A program made the position numbers and the translations under genes. This document shows positions 38,277-47,594 of a DNA stretch of 64,000 nt, in pieces. A model generated the notes under the pieces. The model worked only from the letters and a program-made list of their open reading frames with translations, searched no databases and was not told the origin of the DNA. Each line of letters opens with the position of its first letter. Position 1 is the first letter of the stretch. The stretch is from Patescibacteria group bacterium (GTDB taxonomy: Bacteria > Patescibacteriota > Patescibacteriia > Buchananbacterales > UBA6539): assembly GCA_028688055.1 (NCBI GenBank), contig JAQTYZ010000005.1, positions 8,634-72,633 of the forward strand, given 5' to 3'.

Positions 38277-38666
38277 ATGAAAAAAGTGATGGTTTTTGGG
38301 ACATTTGACATCCTGCATCCGGGCCATTTGAATTTATTTAAACAAGCGAGGAAGTATGGTGATTACTTAATTGTGGTGGTCGCTCGAGATGTTAACGTCG
38401 AAAAGTTGAAGGGTCAGAGACCAAAAAATAACGAGAATGCCAGAAAGTCTAACTTAGAACAAAAAGATGTTGCTGATAAAGTTGTCTTGGGATATGAAGA
38501 TAATCCGTATCGAATAGTTGGCGAAGAAAAACCCGATGTGATTTGTTTGGGCTATGACCAAAATAGTTACGACCGATATTTAGGTGAAATTTATCCGGAA
38601 ATTGAAGTAGTGCGCGGTGTGTCTTTTAAACCTGAAATCTATAAATCATCAAAATTTAGAGAGTAA
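38277..38666 (+). CDS. cytidylyltransferase-like nucleotidyltransferase (RibL/TagD-like)
   Basis: Small protein with the GTFDILHPGH HxGH-type nucleotide-binding motif. Confidence 0.6.
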   Translation: MKKVMVFGTFDILHPGHLNLFKQARKYGDYLIVVVARDVNVEKLKGQRPKNNENARKSNLEQKDVADKVVLGYEDNPYRIVGEEKPDVICLGYDQNSYDRYLGEIYPEIEVVRGVSFKPEIYKSSKFRE

Positions 38667-38671
38667 ATAAT

Positions 38672-39922
38672 ATGTTGGACATAAATAAAATTAGAGAGCA
38701 CAAGGAGGAGGTTAAAAAAGCGTTGTTAAAGCGAATGGCAGCGGCCAAAATTAATTTGGATGAAATATTAGAGATTGACGAGAAACGCAAAACGCTATTG
38801 CTCCAATCAGAAACCTTAAAAGCGGAAAGGAATAAATTTTCGAAAACTAAACCTGATGATGAAACGATTTTGAATATGAAGCGGATTGGTGAGGAAATTA
38901 AAGTTTTAGATGATAAGATTCGAACAGTCGAGCTTGAATTGCGTGATCGAATTTCAGAACTGCCAAATATTCCGGCCGATGATGTTTTAGCCGGCGGTAA
39001 GGAAAATAATAAAGTTTTAAAAACATTCGGTAAAAAACCGAGCTTTAAGTTTGAGCCAAAAGATCACGTCGAATTAGCAACCAGTCTTGACGTAATTGAT
39101 TATGACCGCGGCGTTAAAATGTCAGGTAACGGTTTTTGGATTTATCGTGATCAAGGAGCATTGTTAGAGTGGGCGCTTTTGAATTACTTCATTGAGTTCC
39201 ATCGCAACAATAATTATATATTTATTTTGCCCCCGTTTCTTTTGACTGAGGAATCGGCTTATACTTCGGGGCACCTGCCAAAATTTAGAGATGATCTTTA
39301 TTGGACGCAAGATAAATTGTGTTTGAATGCAACGAGTGAAATGATGTTGGGCAACTATCATCGTGATGAAGTTTTGGACGAAAAATTGTTGCCGTTAAAA
39401 TATTATGCTTACTCCGCTTGTTTCCGTCGTGAAGCTGGCAGTTATCGCAAAGAAGAGCGGGGGATGATTCGCGGCCATCAGTTTAATAAAATTGAAATGT
39501 TTCAATTTACTAAGCCGCAGGATTCGTGGGCAGCTTTTGACGAGTTAACCAAGAATGCGGAAGCTTTAGTTGACGGTCTTGGTCTTCATTTTCAGACGGT
39601 TCAATTAGCGGCTGGTGATGCGAGTGCCGCCATGGCCAAAACCATTGATATTGAAGTTTGGATCCCATCAATGGGGATCTATAAGGAAGTCAGTAGTGTC
39701 TCCAATGCCTTGGATTATCAAGCGAGACGCGGCAATATCAGATATAAAAATAGTCTAACGGGAAAAAACGAATTTGTTAGTACACTTAATGCGTCGGGTT
39801 TAGCAACAAGTCGATTGGTGCCGGCAATTTTGGAACAGTTCCAGAATCAAGATGGTAGTGTGGATATTCCTAAGGCGTTACAGAAATTTTGTGGTTTTGC
39901 GAAACTTGAAAATTTAAAGTAA
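38672..39922 (+). CDS. serS: seryl-tRNA synthetase
   Basis: N-terminal coiled coil, class II core (GHQFNKIEMFQF, SxxNASGLATSRL). Confidence 0.95.
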   Translation: MLDINKIREHKEEVKKALLKRMAAAKINLDEILEIDEKRKTLLLQSETLKAERNKFSKTKPDDETILNMKRIGEEIKVLDDKIRTVELELRDRISELPNIPADDVLAGGKENNKVLKTFGKKPSFKFEPKDHVELATSLDVIDYDRGVKMSGNGFWIYRDQGALLEWALLNYFIEFHRNNNYIFILPPFLLTEESAYTSGHLPKFRDDLYWTQDKLCLNATSEMMLGNYHRDEVLDEKLLPLKYYAYSACFRREAGSYRKEERGMIRGHQFNKIEMFQFTKPQDSWAAFDELTKNAEALVDGLGLHFQTVQLAAGDASAAMAKTIDIEVWIPSMGIYKEVSSVSNALDYQARRGNIRYKNSLTGKNEFVSTLNASGLATSRLVPAILEQFQNQDGSVDIPKALQKFCGFAKLENLK

Positions 39923-39932
39923 AAAGATTTGC

Positions 39933-39959
39933 GGCACGTCGATTGGTGTTCGACGTGCC
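39933..39959. terminator. bidirectional hairpin (ggcacgtcga-ttggtgt-tcgacgtgcc)
   Basis: Perfect 10-bp stem between the convergent serS (+) and a small minus-strand ORF. T-rich tail on the minus-strand side. Confidence 0.7.
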
Positions 39960-39981
39960 GCGTGATGTTTGGGGTTTGCCG

Positions 39982-40086
39982 CTATTTTTTTGCGGCTTCG
40001 CTGCGAGCTTCTTCAACCTCTTTGAGTGCTTCTGAGAAGCTCTTTGCGACGTGTACCTGCCCGGTGCTGTCTATAATCACTGTCAT
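39982..40086 (-). CDS. 34-aa hypothetical protein MTVIIDSTGQVHVAKSFSEALKEVEEARSEAAKK
   Basis: Strong SD (ccaaggagggaaaaagccATG), good upstream promoter and operator-like inverted repeat, downstream hairpin. G+C-rich patch. Below the track cutoff. Confidence 0.4.
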   Translation of the reverse strand: MTVIIDSTGQVHVAKSFSEALKEVEEARSEAAKK

Positions 40087-40120
40087 GGCTTTTTCCCTCC
40101 TTGGGTTGCCATTGTTGTTT

Positions 40121-40184
40121 TTATCCATCAACCCCAAGTTGTGGATAACATTTAAATATACCATATTAATTAAGTTATGTCAAT
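40121..40184 (-). promoter_or_regulatory. minus-strand promoter (TTGACA - 17 nt - TATATT) with inverted repeat TTATCCA-N14-TGGATAA at the start site
   Basis: Read on the reverse complement: ttgacataacttaattaatatggtatattt. The inverted repeat lies at plus 40121-40148. Confidence 0.4.
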
Positions 40185-40222
40185 GCTATTTATTATAAAA
40201 GTACTAAATTTAGCCAAATATA

Positions 40223-41335
40223 ATGTATCTATCATGGGTTGAAATTTCACGTTCTGCGATTTTGCATAATCTTAGGCTGTTTAAGCGGTTAGTTGGAAAT
40301 AATGTTGAAGTGATGCCGATTATTAAAAGTAATGCTTATGGCCATGGCTCGGCTGAAGTCGCAACGATTATTTCAAACGAGGTAAATTGGCTTGGCGTAG
40401 TTGATTTATCGGAAGCACTTTTTTTACGTCGGATGAAAATAAAAAATAATATCCTCGCTCTTAGCTACGTTGAGAATGATTTACTCAAGCAGGGCATTAA
40501 AGCTAAGATTGATTTGCCGATTTATGATTTTGAGACCGCCCAACAAATAAACAGGCTGGCTGGTAAATTAAAACAGCTTGCTAAGGTTCATATAAAAATT
40601 GATACGGGGGCCGCGCGAATTGGCATTTTGCCAAAGGAAACTGTTAGTTTTGTACGAAAAGTTAGCGGTTTAAGTAATCTAAAAATTAGAGGTATTTATA
40701 GTCATTTTTCAGCGGCGGAAGAAAATGAAAAATACACAAAATTTCAGGTTAATATTTTTCGTAGCATTTTAGTCGAATTGAAGAAAAATAAAATTAATAT
40801 TCCTTTAAAACATTTCGCCTGCAGTGCGGCCACATTGGTTAGGCCGGAGTCACATTTTAATTTAGTTAGACTCGGGCTGGTACTTTATGGTTTGTGGCCA
40901 TCTGATCAGATTAGGAAAAAAATAATGAGGAAACACCCAAATTTTAAATTGCAACCCGCGCTTGAATGGAAAACTAAAATTATTCAAGTTAAAGAAATTC
41001 CGGTGGGTAGTAAAATTGGCTATGGTTGTACATATACCGCCGGAAAGAAAATGAAGTTAGCGATTATCGGGGTTGGCTATTGGGAGGGGTATGACCGAAA
41101 ATTATCGAATCAAGGCGTCGTAATTATTAAAAATATTAAATGCCCTATTGTTGGCAGAATTTGTATGAATTTATCAATGGCCGATGTGACAAAAGTAAAA
41201 AATGTAAAACCTGGTGATGAAGTAATTTTGTTGGGCGGGGGAGAGAGTGCTGACCAAATGGCCAAAAAAAATGGCACGATTAATTATGAAGTTGTAACAC
41301 GTATTAATCCGATCCTGACTAGAATAATAAAATAA
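40223..41335 (+). CDS. alr: alanine racemase
   Basis: PLP-site motif [10 protein letters not shown], ~370 aa, followed by ddl. Confidence 0.9.
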   Translation: MYLSWVEISRSAILHNLRLFKRLVGNNVEVMPIIKSNAYGHGSAEVATIISNEVNWLGVVDLSEALFLRRMKIKNNILALSYVENDLLKQGIKAKIDLPIYDFETAQQINRLAGKLKQLAKVHIKIDTGAARIGILPKETVSFVRKVSGLSNLKIRGIYSHFSAAEENEKYTKFQVNIFRSILVELKKNKINIPLKHFACSAATLVRPESHFNLVRLGLVLYGLWPSDQIRKKIMRKHPNFKLQPALEWKTKIIQVKEIPVGSKIGYGCTYTAGKKMKLAIIGVGYWEGYDRKLSNQGVVIIKNIKCPIVGRICMNLSMADVTKVKNVKPGDEVILLGGGESADQMAKKNGTINYEVVTRINPILTRIIK

Positions 41336-41339
41336 TTTT

Positions 41340-42422
41340 ATGAATAATAAAAAAATTAGAATTGGTGTTATCTTTGGCGGACCATCCAAGGAGCATGAAG
41401 TGTCCCTAGCTTCAGCCAGGTCGGTTATCAAGGCCCTGGAAGAAAAGGAAATAGATTTTGTTCCGATGGCGGTGACGAAACAAAATTCTTGGATAATGGG
41501 GGATAAGGCGCGCAAGTATTTGTCGCTCCAATCTGGCGACGCCAAAGAAGATGCAATTTCAATTAAACAGTCACAAGCGTTAGTCGTTAGCGGTGATACC
41601 GATCAGACTCTACGGCCCTTGGTTGAGCCTTCATTGGCTGATACTAAAATTGATCTGATGTTTCCGTTGATTCATGGTAATTATGGTGAAGACGGTAAAC
41701 TTCAGGGATTTTTTGAATTATTTAATATCCCTTATATATTTTCTGGATCATTAGCCAGTGCGCTAGCGATGGATAAGCCTAAAGCTAAAATTATTGCCAA
41801 GCAGGCTGGGTTAAATGTTCCTAATGATTTGGTTTTTAGTAGTAGCAAAGATTTTTTGGTCAATAAAGTTACTGACGTTATGCCATTCCCCGTAGTTATA
41901 AAACCGGCTGAGCTTGGTTCGTCGGTTGGTATTTCAATCGCCAATTCAGCCGATGAATTAATTAAAGGTGTTAATGAAGCTTTTAGCTTTGGTGATAAGA
42001 TAATGATTGAGGCTTATATTAAAGGCAGGGAGTTAACCGTTGGTGTCTTTGGCAATAATCCACCAACCGCTTTGCCAATCGTTGAAATTATCCCTAATAT
42101 TTCTCCTTTTTATGATTATAAGGCAAAATATGATGCTGGTGGCAGCACCCATATTTGTCCAGCCAAAATTCCAGCAGCTATCAAAAACAAAGTTGAAACT
42201 GACGCAATAACAATATTTAAAGCCCTAGAATGCAGAGATTTAGCCCGGGTTGATTTTATTTTTGATGAAAGTGCCAACGATATTTTCTTTCTTGAGATTA
42301 ATACAATTCCTGGTATGACTTCGGTAAGTTTGGTTCCTGATGAAGCAAGAACGATGGATATCGCTTTTCCAGATTTTATTGAGATGTTAATTAATGAAGC
42401 GCGGAAAAGGTATAATATTTAA
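41340..42422 (+). CDS. ddl: D-alanine--D-alanine ligase
   Basis: ATP-grasp fold, [20 protein letters not shown]-terminus. Confidence 0.9.
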   Translation: MNNKKIRIGVIFGGPSKEHEVSLASARSVIKALEEKEIDFVPMAVTKQNSWIMGDKARKYLSLQSGDAKEDAISIKQSQALVVSGDTDQTLRPLVEPSLADTKIDLMFPLIHGNYGEDGKLQGFFELFNIPYIFSGSLASALAMDKPKAKIIAKQAGLNVPNDLVFSSSKDFLVNKVTDVMPFPVVIKPAELGSSVGISIANSADELIKGVNEAFSFGDKIMIEAYIKGRELTVGVFGNNPPTALPIVEIIPNISPFYDYKAKYDAGGSTHICPAKIPAAIKNKVETDAITIFKALECRDLARVDFIFDESANDIFFLEINTIPGMTSVSLVPDEARTMDIAFPDFIEMLINEARKRYNI

Positions 42423-42428
42423 TTTTTT

Positions 42429-43283
42429 GTGAGAAAAAAAAGAGACTATAATAAAAAAAATTTTCAGAATCCTTTTTTTCCAGCGAAGGTAAATGGTAGC
42501 AAAGGCCGTCGAAAAATGGTGATATTTTTTGGAGTGGTCAGCCCTCTTATATTGTTAATTATTTTGTCATTTTTTTTAAGAATAAAAAATATTAACATTA
42601 GTGGCGGCTCCGAATCGGAAATAAATGAAATAAGAAATATGGCTCAAGCGGAGATGGATAGTAGAAGATTTTTTATTTTTGATGAACATAGTTTAATTTT
42701 TTTTAACAAGAATAAATTAGCAAAATCAGCGACAGCCATTGAGTCTGTTTATTCAATCGCTGTCGCTAAGACATTTCCGGATACTTTGGATATTAGTATA
42801 AATAATAAGGCGGTTAGCGCCATTTTGATTAGTAACGGAATCAAATATTATTTAGATGACTCGGGTGTTGCAATTAAAATTGAAGACACCACTGATGTTG
42901 TCATTGAAAATGGTGGCAATAATACTCAGGTCGTAAGACTAAAATCAGATTCAGATAGCTATCCCACTATTATGATTGATAATTTATCGAAGATCAGAAT
43001 CGGTTCGGAGGTAATTGAAAAAGGAAAATTGGATTTTATACTAGCAATCGACAGTGCTGTGAAAAAAAGGGGAGGATTTACTCCAACAAGCTATACTCTA
43101 AATTTAATTACCTCGGAATTAGATTTGTTGGTAAATGATGGTTGGCAAGTTAAATTTGATGCACAAGGCAAAGCCCTAGAGCAGCTGGATTCTTTGTACT
43201 TAGTTTTAAATAATAAAGTTAGTGACAAAACTTTACTTCACTATATTGACGTTCGGTATGGTGACAAAATATTTTATCAGTAA
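42429..43283 (+). CDS. ftsQ: cell division protein FtsQ/DivIB-like (POTRA domain)
   Basis: Single N-terminal TM. POTRA-like segment ending KTFPDTLDISINNKAVSAIL. Position after ddl. Confidence 0.7.
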   Translation: MRKKRDYNKKNFQNPFFPAKVNGSKGRRKMVIFFGVVSPLILLIILSFFLRIKNINISGGSESEINEIRNMAQAEMDSRRFFIFDEHSLIFFNKNKLAKSATAIESVYSIAVAKTFPDTLDISINNKAVSAILISNGIKYYLDDSGVAIKIEDTTDVVIENGGNNTQVVRLKSDSDSYPTIMIDNLSKIRIGSEVIEKGKLDFILAIDSAVKKRGGFTPTSYTLNLITSELDLLVNDGWQVKFDAQGKALEQLDSLYLVLNNKVSDKTLLHYIDVRYGDKIFYQ

Positions 43284-44109
43284 CTGTGGATATCTTTTGT
43301 GTCGCAAAATATAGTAAGAGGGAAGTGTCCGGTGTAAAAAAGGGAAGCAATATAGTTAAAATATTTTAGTCATGACACCCAGTGGTAATTGTACTAATAA
43401 TTATAAAATTTGTTTTAGTTAGAATTAGCGGCCGTTAGGCTTGTTTTGTTTTATTTTATGGTACCAAATCATCTTGGTTATTTTTTTTTGATCTGTAGCT
43501 TGCTTAGAGGGTAAAATTAAACATTAAATCTGACCAAGCTAGCTTGTTTAGTAGTATTTTAGAAGTTTATTGGTTGTAATTATAGTATTTGGGCTGTTGT
43601 AGTTATTGAATAAATGTAAGTCCTCTTGCGTCGCTTAAGATATATTGTGCGACGCAGTATAACCTAAAAAATCTTGTTATTACATACTTCCCCCTTAAGC
43701 AGTTGCTTAATTTTTTTTGTTTAGTTTCGTTTTAAACGAGTTTACTAATTTAATTTTCCTTGACATTATTTCTAAAATATTTTAATCTGGAGTGTTTGCC
43801 TATTTGATCTTTAAAATAAGTTGCCCTTCCCTACCTGGCGGTTTCTGCCACTAGTTAAGGGAGGGCAAATGTGAAACTGTCACAATACCAGTTGTCGGCT
43901 GGTGTAGTTAGCCCAACCAATTATTCATAATTCATTTATATGTTTTACGCCCTAAGGGTTGGTTTGACTCTCGCAGTCGCCATTATTGTGTTCAGAATGT
44001 TTCTCCCGGAGATTGCCGATCGTTTGATTGAACTTATTGTTAGAATACTTGATATTCTAAACTCTGAGGTCGCTCAAAATGCATCAGGCATAATCCGGTA
44101 AAAAAAATA

Positions 44110-44145
44110 GGCTCGAGGTATAATACCCCCGAGCCTTTCTTTTTG
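44110..44145. terminator. bidirectional intrinsic terminator (ggctcgagg...ccccgagcc flanked by A-run and T-run)
   Basis: Hairpin with T-run on the plus side and A-run upstream. Lies just downstream of the minus-strand SdpI-like gene stop. Confidence 0.7.
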
Positions 44146-44151
44146 TTAACT

Positions 44152-44841
44152 TTATTTTTGATTTTTAAATATCAAATATGAATAGATTAAAGGAAATAGT
44201 CCAGCCATTATAATGGCGGTCATAAATAGAATTAGGGTTACTTGCGCCGAGGATTGTAATGTGGCACTGACTATTAGAATGATACCGCTAACAACAAACA
44301 TTTTACCACCAAGTCGGTGAGTTTTATTCCAGTTATCCTCACTGGATAATGTCCATGGTGTTTTGATGCCAATGAACCAATTGGGTTTTATTTTGCCCAT
44401 ATAATTTCCCATGATCATAAACATTAGACCAACGGCACTTGGCATGATGGTGTTTACTGGAACATTATAACCGAGTGAAGTTATAATTATCAGCGCGTAA
44501 ACACCAGTCATAAATATGATAATTATACTTTTAACGATGTGGTAGACATTCTGAAATTCAGCGTATCGTTCTTTTTTTGGATCAATAGCTGGTAGGGTGA
44601 GGAAAAAAAGGTACATAATTAAATTTAAAACTGGTATTAAAAAAATGCCGAATGTTTTATTTGAGTATTGGTCAATTTGCCCTGAAAAATTCCAATGCGT
44701 CGGAATCTTGTCTGGTAGCACCGGATAAAAATAGCCTGCCACTATAAATGATAAAATAATCAGGGTTATCGGTATTAGCTCAGTTTTAAGGGTAAAATTA
44801 AGTTTATTCATATTATTATTATTATTTATTTTTTTTAACAC
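44152..44841 (-). CDS. SdpI/YhfL-family membrane protein (DUF1648-type N-terminus)
   Basis: Polytopic membrane protein. YPVLPDKIPTHWNFSGQIDQY and the later TM block recall SdpI immunity/signal-transduction proteins. Start may be the internal MNKLNF. Confidence 0.65.
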   Translation of the reverse strand: MLKKINNNNNMNKLNFTLKTELIPITLIILSFIVAGYFYPVLPDKIPTHWNFSGQIDQYSNKTFGIFLIPVLNLIMYLFFLTLPAIDPKKERYAEFQNVYHIVKSIIIIFMTGVYALIIITSLGYNVPVNTIMPSAVGLMFMIMGNYMGKIKPNWFIGIKTPWTLSSEDNWNKTHRLGGKMFVVSGIILIVSATLQSSAQVTLILFMTAIIMAGLFPLIYSYLIFKNQK

Positions 44842-45103
44842 CCTTACCGATTATTCCATATAATTCACCGATGATTTCATCAACCACCGATAAATTCAAA
44901 GAATAAATAATATTTTGGCCAGCTCGCCTACTACTAACCAAGTTCGCCATTTTTAGAATATTTAAATGATGGGATAGCGAAGGTAAAGTCATGGTAAAAT
45001 TTTTTGCAATTTCCCCGGCGGGTAAATCTTTTTTCTTTAAGAGCTGAATTATTTTTCGGCGCGTCGGATCAGCTAAAGCGTTAAGGGTTGTACTTAAGGT
45101 CAT
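44822..45103 (-). CDS. ArsR/SmtB-family transcriptional regulator (SdpR-like)
   Basis: LADPTRRKIIQLL...LSHHLNILKMANLV winged-helix signature. Overlaps the downstream membrane gene by about 20 nt. Confidence 0.85.
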   Translation of the reverse strand: MTLSTTLNALADPTRRKIIQLLKKKDLPAGEIAKNFTMTLPSLSHHLNILKMANLVSSRRAGQNIIYSLNLSVVDEIIGELYGIIGKGVKKNK

Positions 45104-45137
45104 ATCCCCTGTTGTTTAGTGACTAAGATTAATTTAG

Positions 45138-45161
45138 ATATTTAGGTAACTATCTAAATAT
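45138..45161 (-). promoter_or_regulatory. operator-like inverted repeat ATATTTAG-N8-CTAAATAT upstream of the ArsR-family gene
   Basis: Perfect 8-bp arms about 35 nt upstream of the regulator start. Confidence 0.35.
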
Positions 45162-45200
45162 TAACACATACCTATTTATTGTCAATATGCTTAAATAATT

Positions 45201-45232
45201 AAAAAACCCCTGAAAATTCAGGGGTTTTTTAA
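45201..45232. terminator. bidirectional rho-independent terminator (aaaaaacccctgaaaattcaggggtttttt)
   Basis: Perfect 9-bp stem flanked by A6 and T6. Sits between the FN3-protein gene end and the ArsR operon promoter. Confidence 0.8.
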
Positions 45233-45242
45233 TTATTTTTGG

Positions 45243-46199
45243 TTACAACGTGGCAAACATTTGTTCGCTTGAGGTTGCCATATTTCCATTGGAATCAGTT
45301 GATTCAACTAGGAAATAGTAAGTTGAGCTTGCGTTCAGACTACTTAGTTGCAGCGAGTGTACTGTAACCAAGGTAGTATCAAGCACGGAGTTGGTGCTTG
45401 AGGCCGTTGCGAGATGTTCATTTGAATATCTGACACGGCTATTACTGCTTTCGTTAGTGTTCCAGTTGATGACAGCTGATGTGGTTGAGGCGGTGGAAGT
45501 GATATTCAATATTGTTGGAGCCGTAAAATCGTTATTGTTTGACTTATCACAGAATCGCTCAAGAATTTTTTCAAACGGTCCAACTCTTTGGTGTTTTTCA
45601 TCAAATTTTTCCGCTACTTTTTCAATGACTCGACAGCGTACGGTTTCGGCAATTTGATGTATCTGACCTAGCTTCAAGCCATGATTTTCATCAATGGTTT
45701 GGGTGTCGTTGGCTTCAGAATCAGCATCATAATCATCATCGTTATCAATAGGAGCGCCAACCTTATATTGACTAATTAAGCTTCCGGGTAAATCGTCGAC
45801 AAGCTTATTCCAATTATCACCATATAAATGCTTAGCAACTACTTCATTTTTTAGCCATCTTAATACCCCATCTTTACTAACTGCAAAGACATTTGGGTTG
45901 TCAGTTGATTTAACTAAAACAATCCCCGGCCGATATAGGACATTACCTCCTAATGGTACCGTCGCTAGTTCTTCGACACTAACAGTTACAACATTTTTGA
46001 ATCCCGAAAACCAGGTTCGGAATATTTTTTCATTCGGAAAAATATATTTTTTTCCGTCAGCCGCGACGTAATAAAGAGTGGGACGGTCAGTCACCTTTAC
46101 AATTTGACCGACAGCTGATGATTCAGTGGCGGCGGCCGGTAGCACTGTTGACAGCGCTAAGGCCAAAAACGCCAGCGAAAATAAAGTTTTTTTGAGCAT
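45243..46199 (-). CDS. secreted protein with C-terminal fibronectin-type-III-like domain
   Basis: Signal peptide MLKKTLFSLAFLALALSTVLPAAA. C-terminal AVINWNTNESSNSRVRY...STYYFLVESTDSNGN resembles FN3 / purple-acid-phosphatase N-domain folds. Confidence 0.45.
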   Translation of the reverse strand: MLKKTLFSLAFLALALSTVLPAAATESSAVGQIVKVTDRPTLYYVAADGKKYIFPNEKIFRTWFSGFKNVVTVSVEELATVPLGGNVLYRPGIVLVKSTDNPNVFAVSKDGVLRWLKNEVVAKHLYGDNWNKLVDDLPGSLISQYKVGAPIDNDDDYDADSEANDTQTIDENHGLKLGQIHQIAETVRCRVIEKVAEKFDEKHQRVGPFEKILERFCDKSNNNDFTAPTILNITSTASTTSAVINWNTNESSNSRVRYSNEHLATASSTNSVLDTTLVTVHSLQLSSLNASSTYYFLVESTDSNGNMATSSEQMFATL

Positions 46200-46317
46200 A
46201 TTTTTTATTAGTTATTAATCTTTTGCTCTTACAGTATAAGACGGTTGGTTCTAGAAATTCTTACAACTCTTGCCAATATTAATACTTTAAAAATAATGTT
46301 GCCATTTATTCATTAGT

Positions 46318-47568
46318 TTAGTAAGTCGGTAAATATTCTAGAGGATTTACCGGTATGCCATTGAGGCGAACCTCAAAGTGAAGATGTGGTCCGGTAGTGT
46401 ATGGCCCGGCGCCAATAGTGCCTGGTGTTGCCCCGGTTAAAGCAATCATTTGTCCTTTAGTGACATATTCGTCTTCTTTGACATAAACGGTTGAAATATG
46501 TCCAAACACCGTTGATAAGCCGTCGCTATGAAGGATCATTAAATACGCATAACTCTTGTCACCTTTAAAATTGACTTTGCCAACATAGCCAGATTCTGGC
46601 GCTTTAATTGGAGTTCCTTGAGGTACCCTGATATCGAGACCGGGATGTTCAAATAAATAGCGAAATGGATAGTCGGGATCATGAAAATAGGTACTTATCC
46701 CTTTGCCTGGACCGACTGGCCAAGTAAGCCTGGCTGGCCCAAGACTGCCAAATTTAGAGGCATTTTGCTGTTCCTCTAGTTTTTGCCGGAGTTTTTTTTC
46801 GGCGCTAATAATGTCGGCGTTGGCTTGTTGTTGTTCAAGTTGAAGTTGGTAAGCATAAGATTGGTACTGTTTTTGCGTCAGCCTGGTTTGAGAATATAAG
46901 ACTTGTTGGGCGGTTTTGCGTTCGTCGAGGCCGGCCTTTTGTTGTTGAAGCTGATCTTTGAGTTTATTTTCCTCTTCAGATTTGGATTGCCAATTGGATT
47001 TTTGGATTTCAAGCTGGTTTTTATCCATTTTCAGCTTATCTAAATTATCTTTTATGTCATTATGAACCTGCTCGGTATATTTAACCTGATCGAAAAAATC
47101 GGAAAAAGAATGGTTATTTAATAAAATTTCGAGGTAACTAACCTGATCATCCCGATAAATCAAGCGGAGGTACTCCCCTATTTTAGTTTTACTGTCGAAA
47201 ATATTTTTTTCAGTATCCTTAATTTCTAAATTTAATTTTTGAATTTCTAAGTTTGTTTGGTTGATTTTTATTTGAGTTTCTTCGATATCTAAATTAACTT
47301 TGGCGATTTGGTTGTCGAGAATGGCAAGTTGATTCTGCAGGGATTTGGCTTCTTGTTGCTTGGCCTGAATTTGTTTTTGATAAGCATCAATTTCTTTTTG
47401 TAGTTCATCAATTCTCGATTTTTGGTCGGTAATTTTATGATTTAATGAACTGACGTCGTCGTCGGCTTTTAAGGGAATAGCAAAAAAATTAGCTATGCCA
47501 AAGCTAAATATTAGGCAAACAACTAATATTTTTATTCGCCTCACTTTTTGATTTTTATTTTTAGCCAT
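46318..47568 (-). CDS. M23-family peptidoglycan endopeptidase with N-terminal coiled coil (EnvC/NlpD-like)
   Basis: HPGLDIRVPQGTPIKAPESGYV ... GPHLHFEV zinc-site motifs. Long coiled-coil region. Confidence 0.85.
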   Translation of the reverse strand: MAKNKNQKVRRIKILVVCLIFSFGIANFFAIPLKADDDVSSLNHKITDQKSRIDELQKEIDAYQKQIQAKQQEAKSLQNQLAILDNQIAKVNLDIEETQIKINQTNLEIQKLNLEIKDTEKNIFDSKTKIGEYLRLIYRDDQVSYLEILLNNHSFSDFFDQVKYTEQVHNDIKDNLDKLKMDKNQLEIQKSNWQSKSEEENKLKDQLQQQKAGLDERKTAQQVLYSQTRLTQKQYQSYAYQLQLEQQQANADIISAEKKLRQKLEEQQNASKFGSLGPARLTWPVGPGKGISTYFHDPDYPFRYLFEHPGLDIRVPQGTPIKAPESGYVGKVNFKGDKSYAYLMILHSDGLSTVFGHISTVYVKEDEYVTKGQMIALTGATPGTIGAGPYTTGPHLHFEVRLNGIPVNPLEYLPTY

Positions 47569-47594
47569 TAACTGAATTATACCATACTTAAGCG

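Noticed and set aside
39929-40198. 89-aa plus-strand ORF after serS
   Set aside because: It overlaps the serS terminator hairpin and has no SD. The opposite strand has a textbook promoter, SD and terminator arrangement for a 34-aa ORF.
43284-44109. tRNA, tmRNA, RNase P RNA or SRP RNA in the long spacer
   Set aside because: No T-arm GTTCGA(A/T)TCC, no 3' CCA-ending acceptor, no AGGAAAGTCCGGGC (P4), no GGAAG-type SRP domain-IV motif. The ncRNA idea is kept only as an unclassified candidate.
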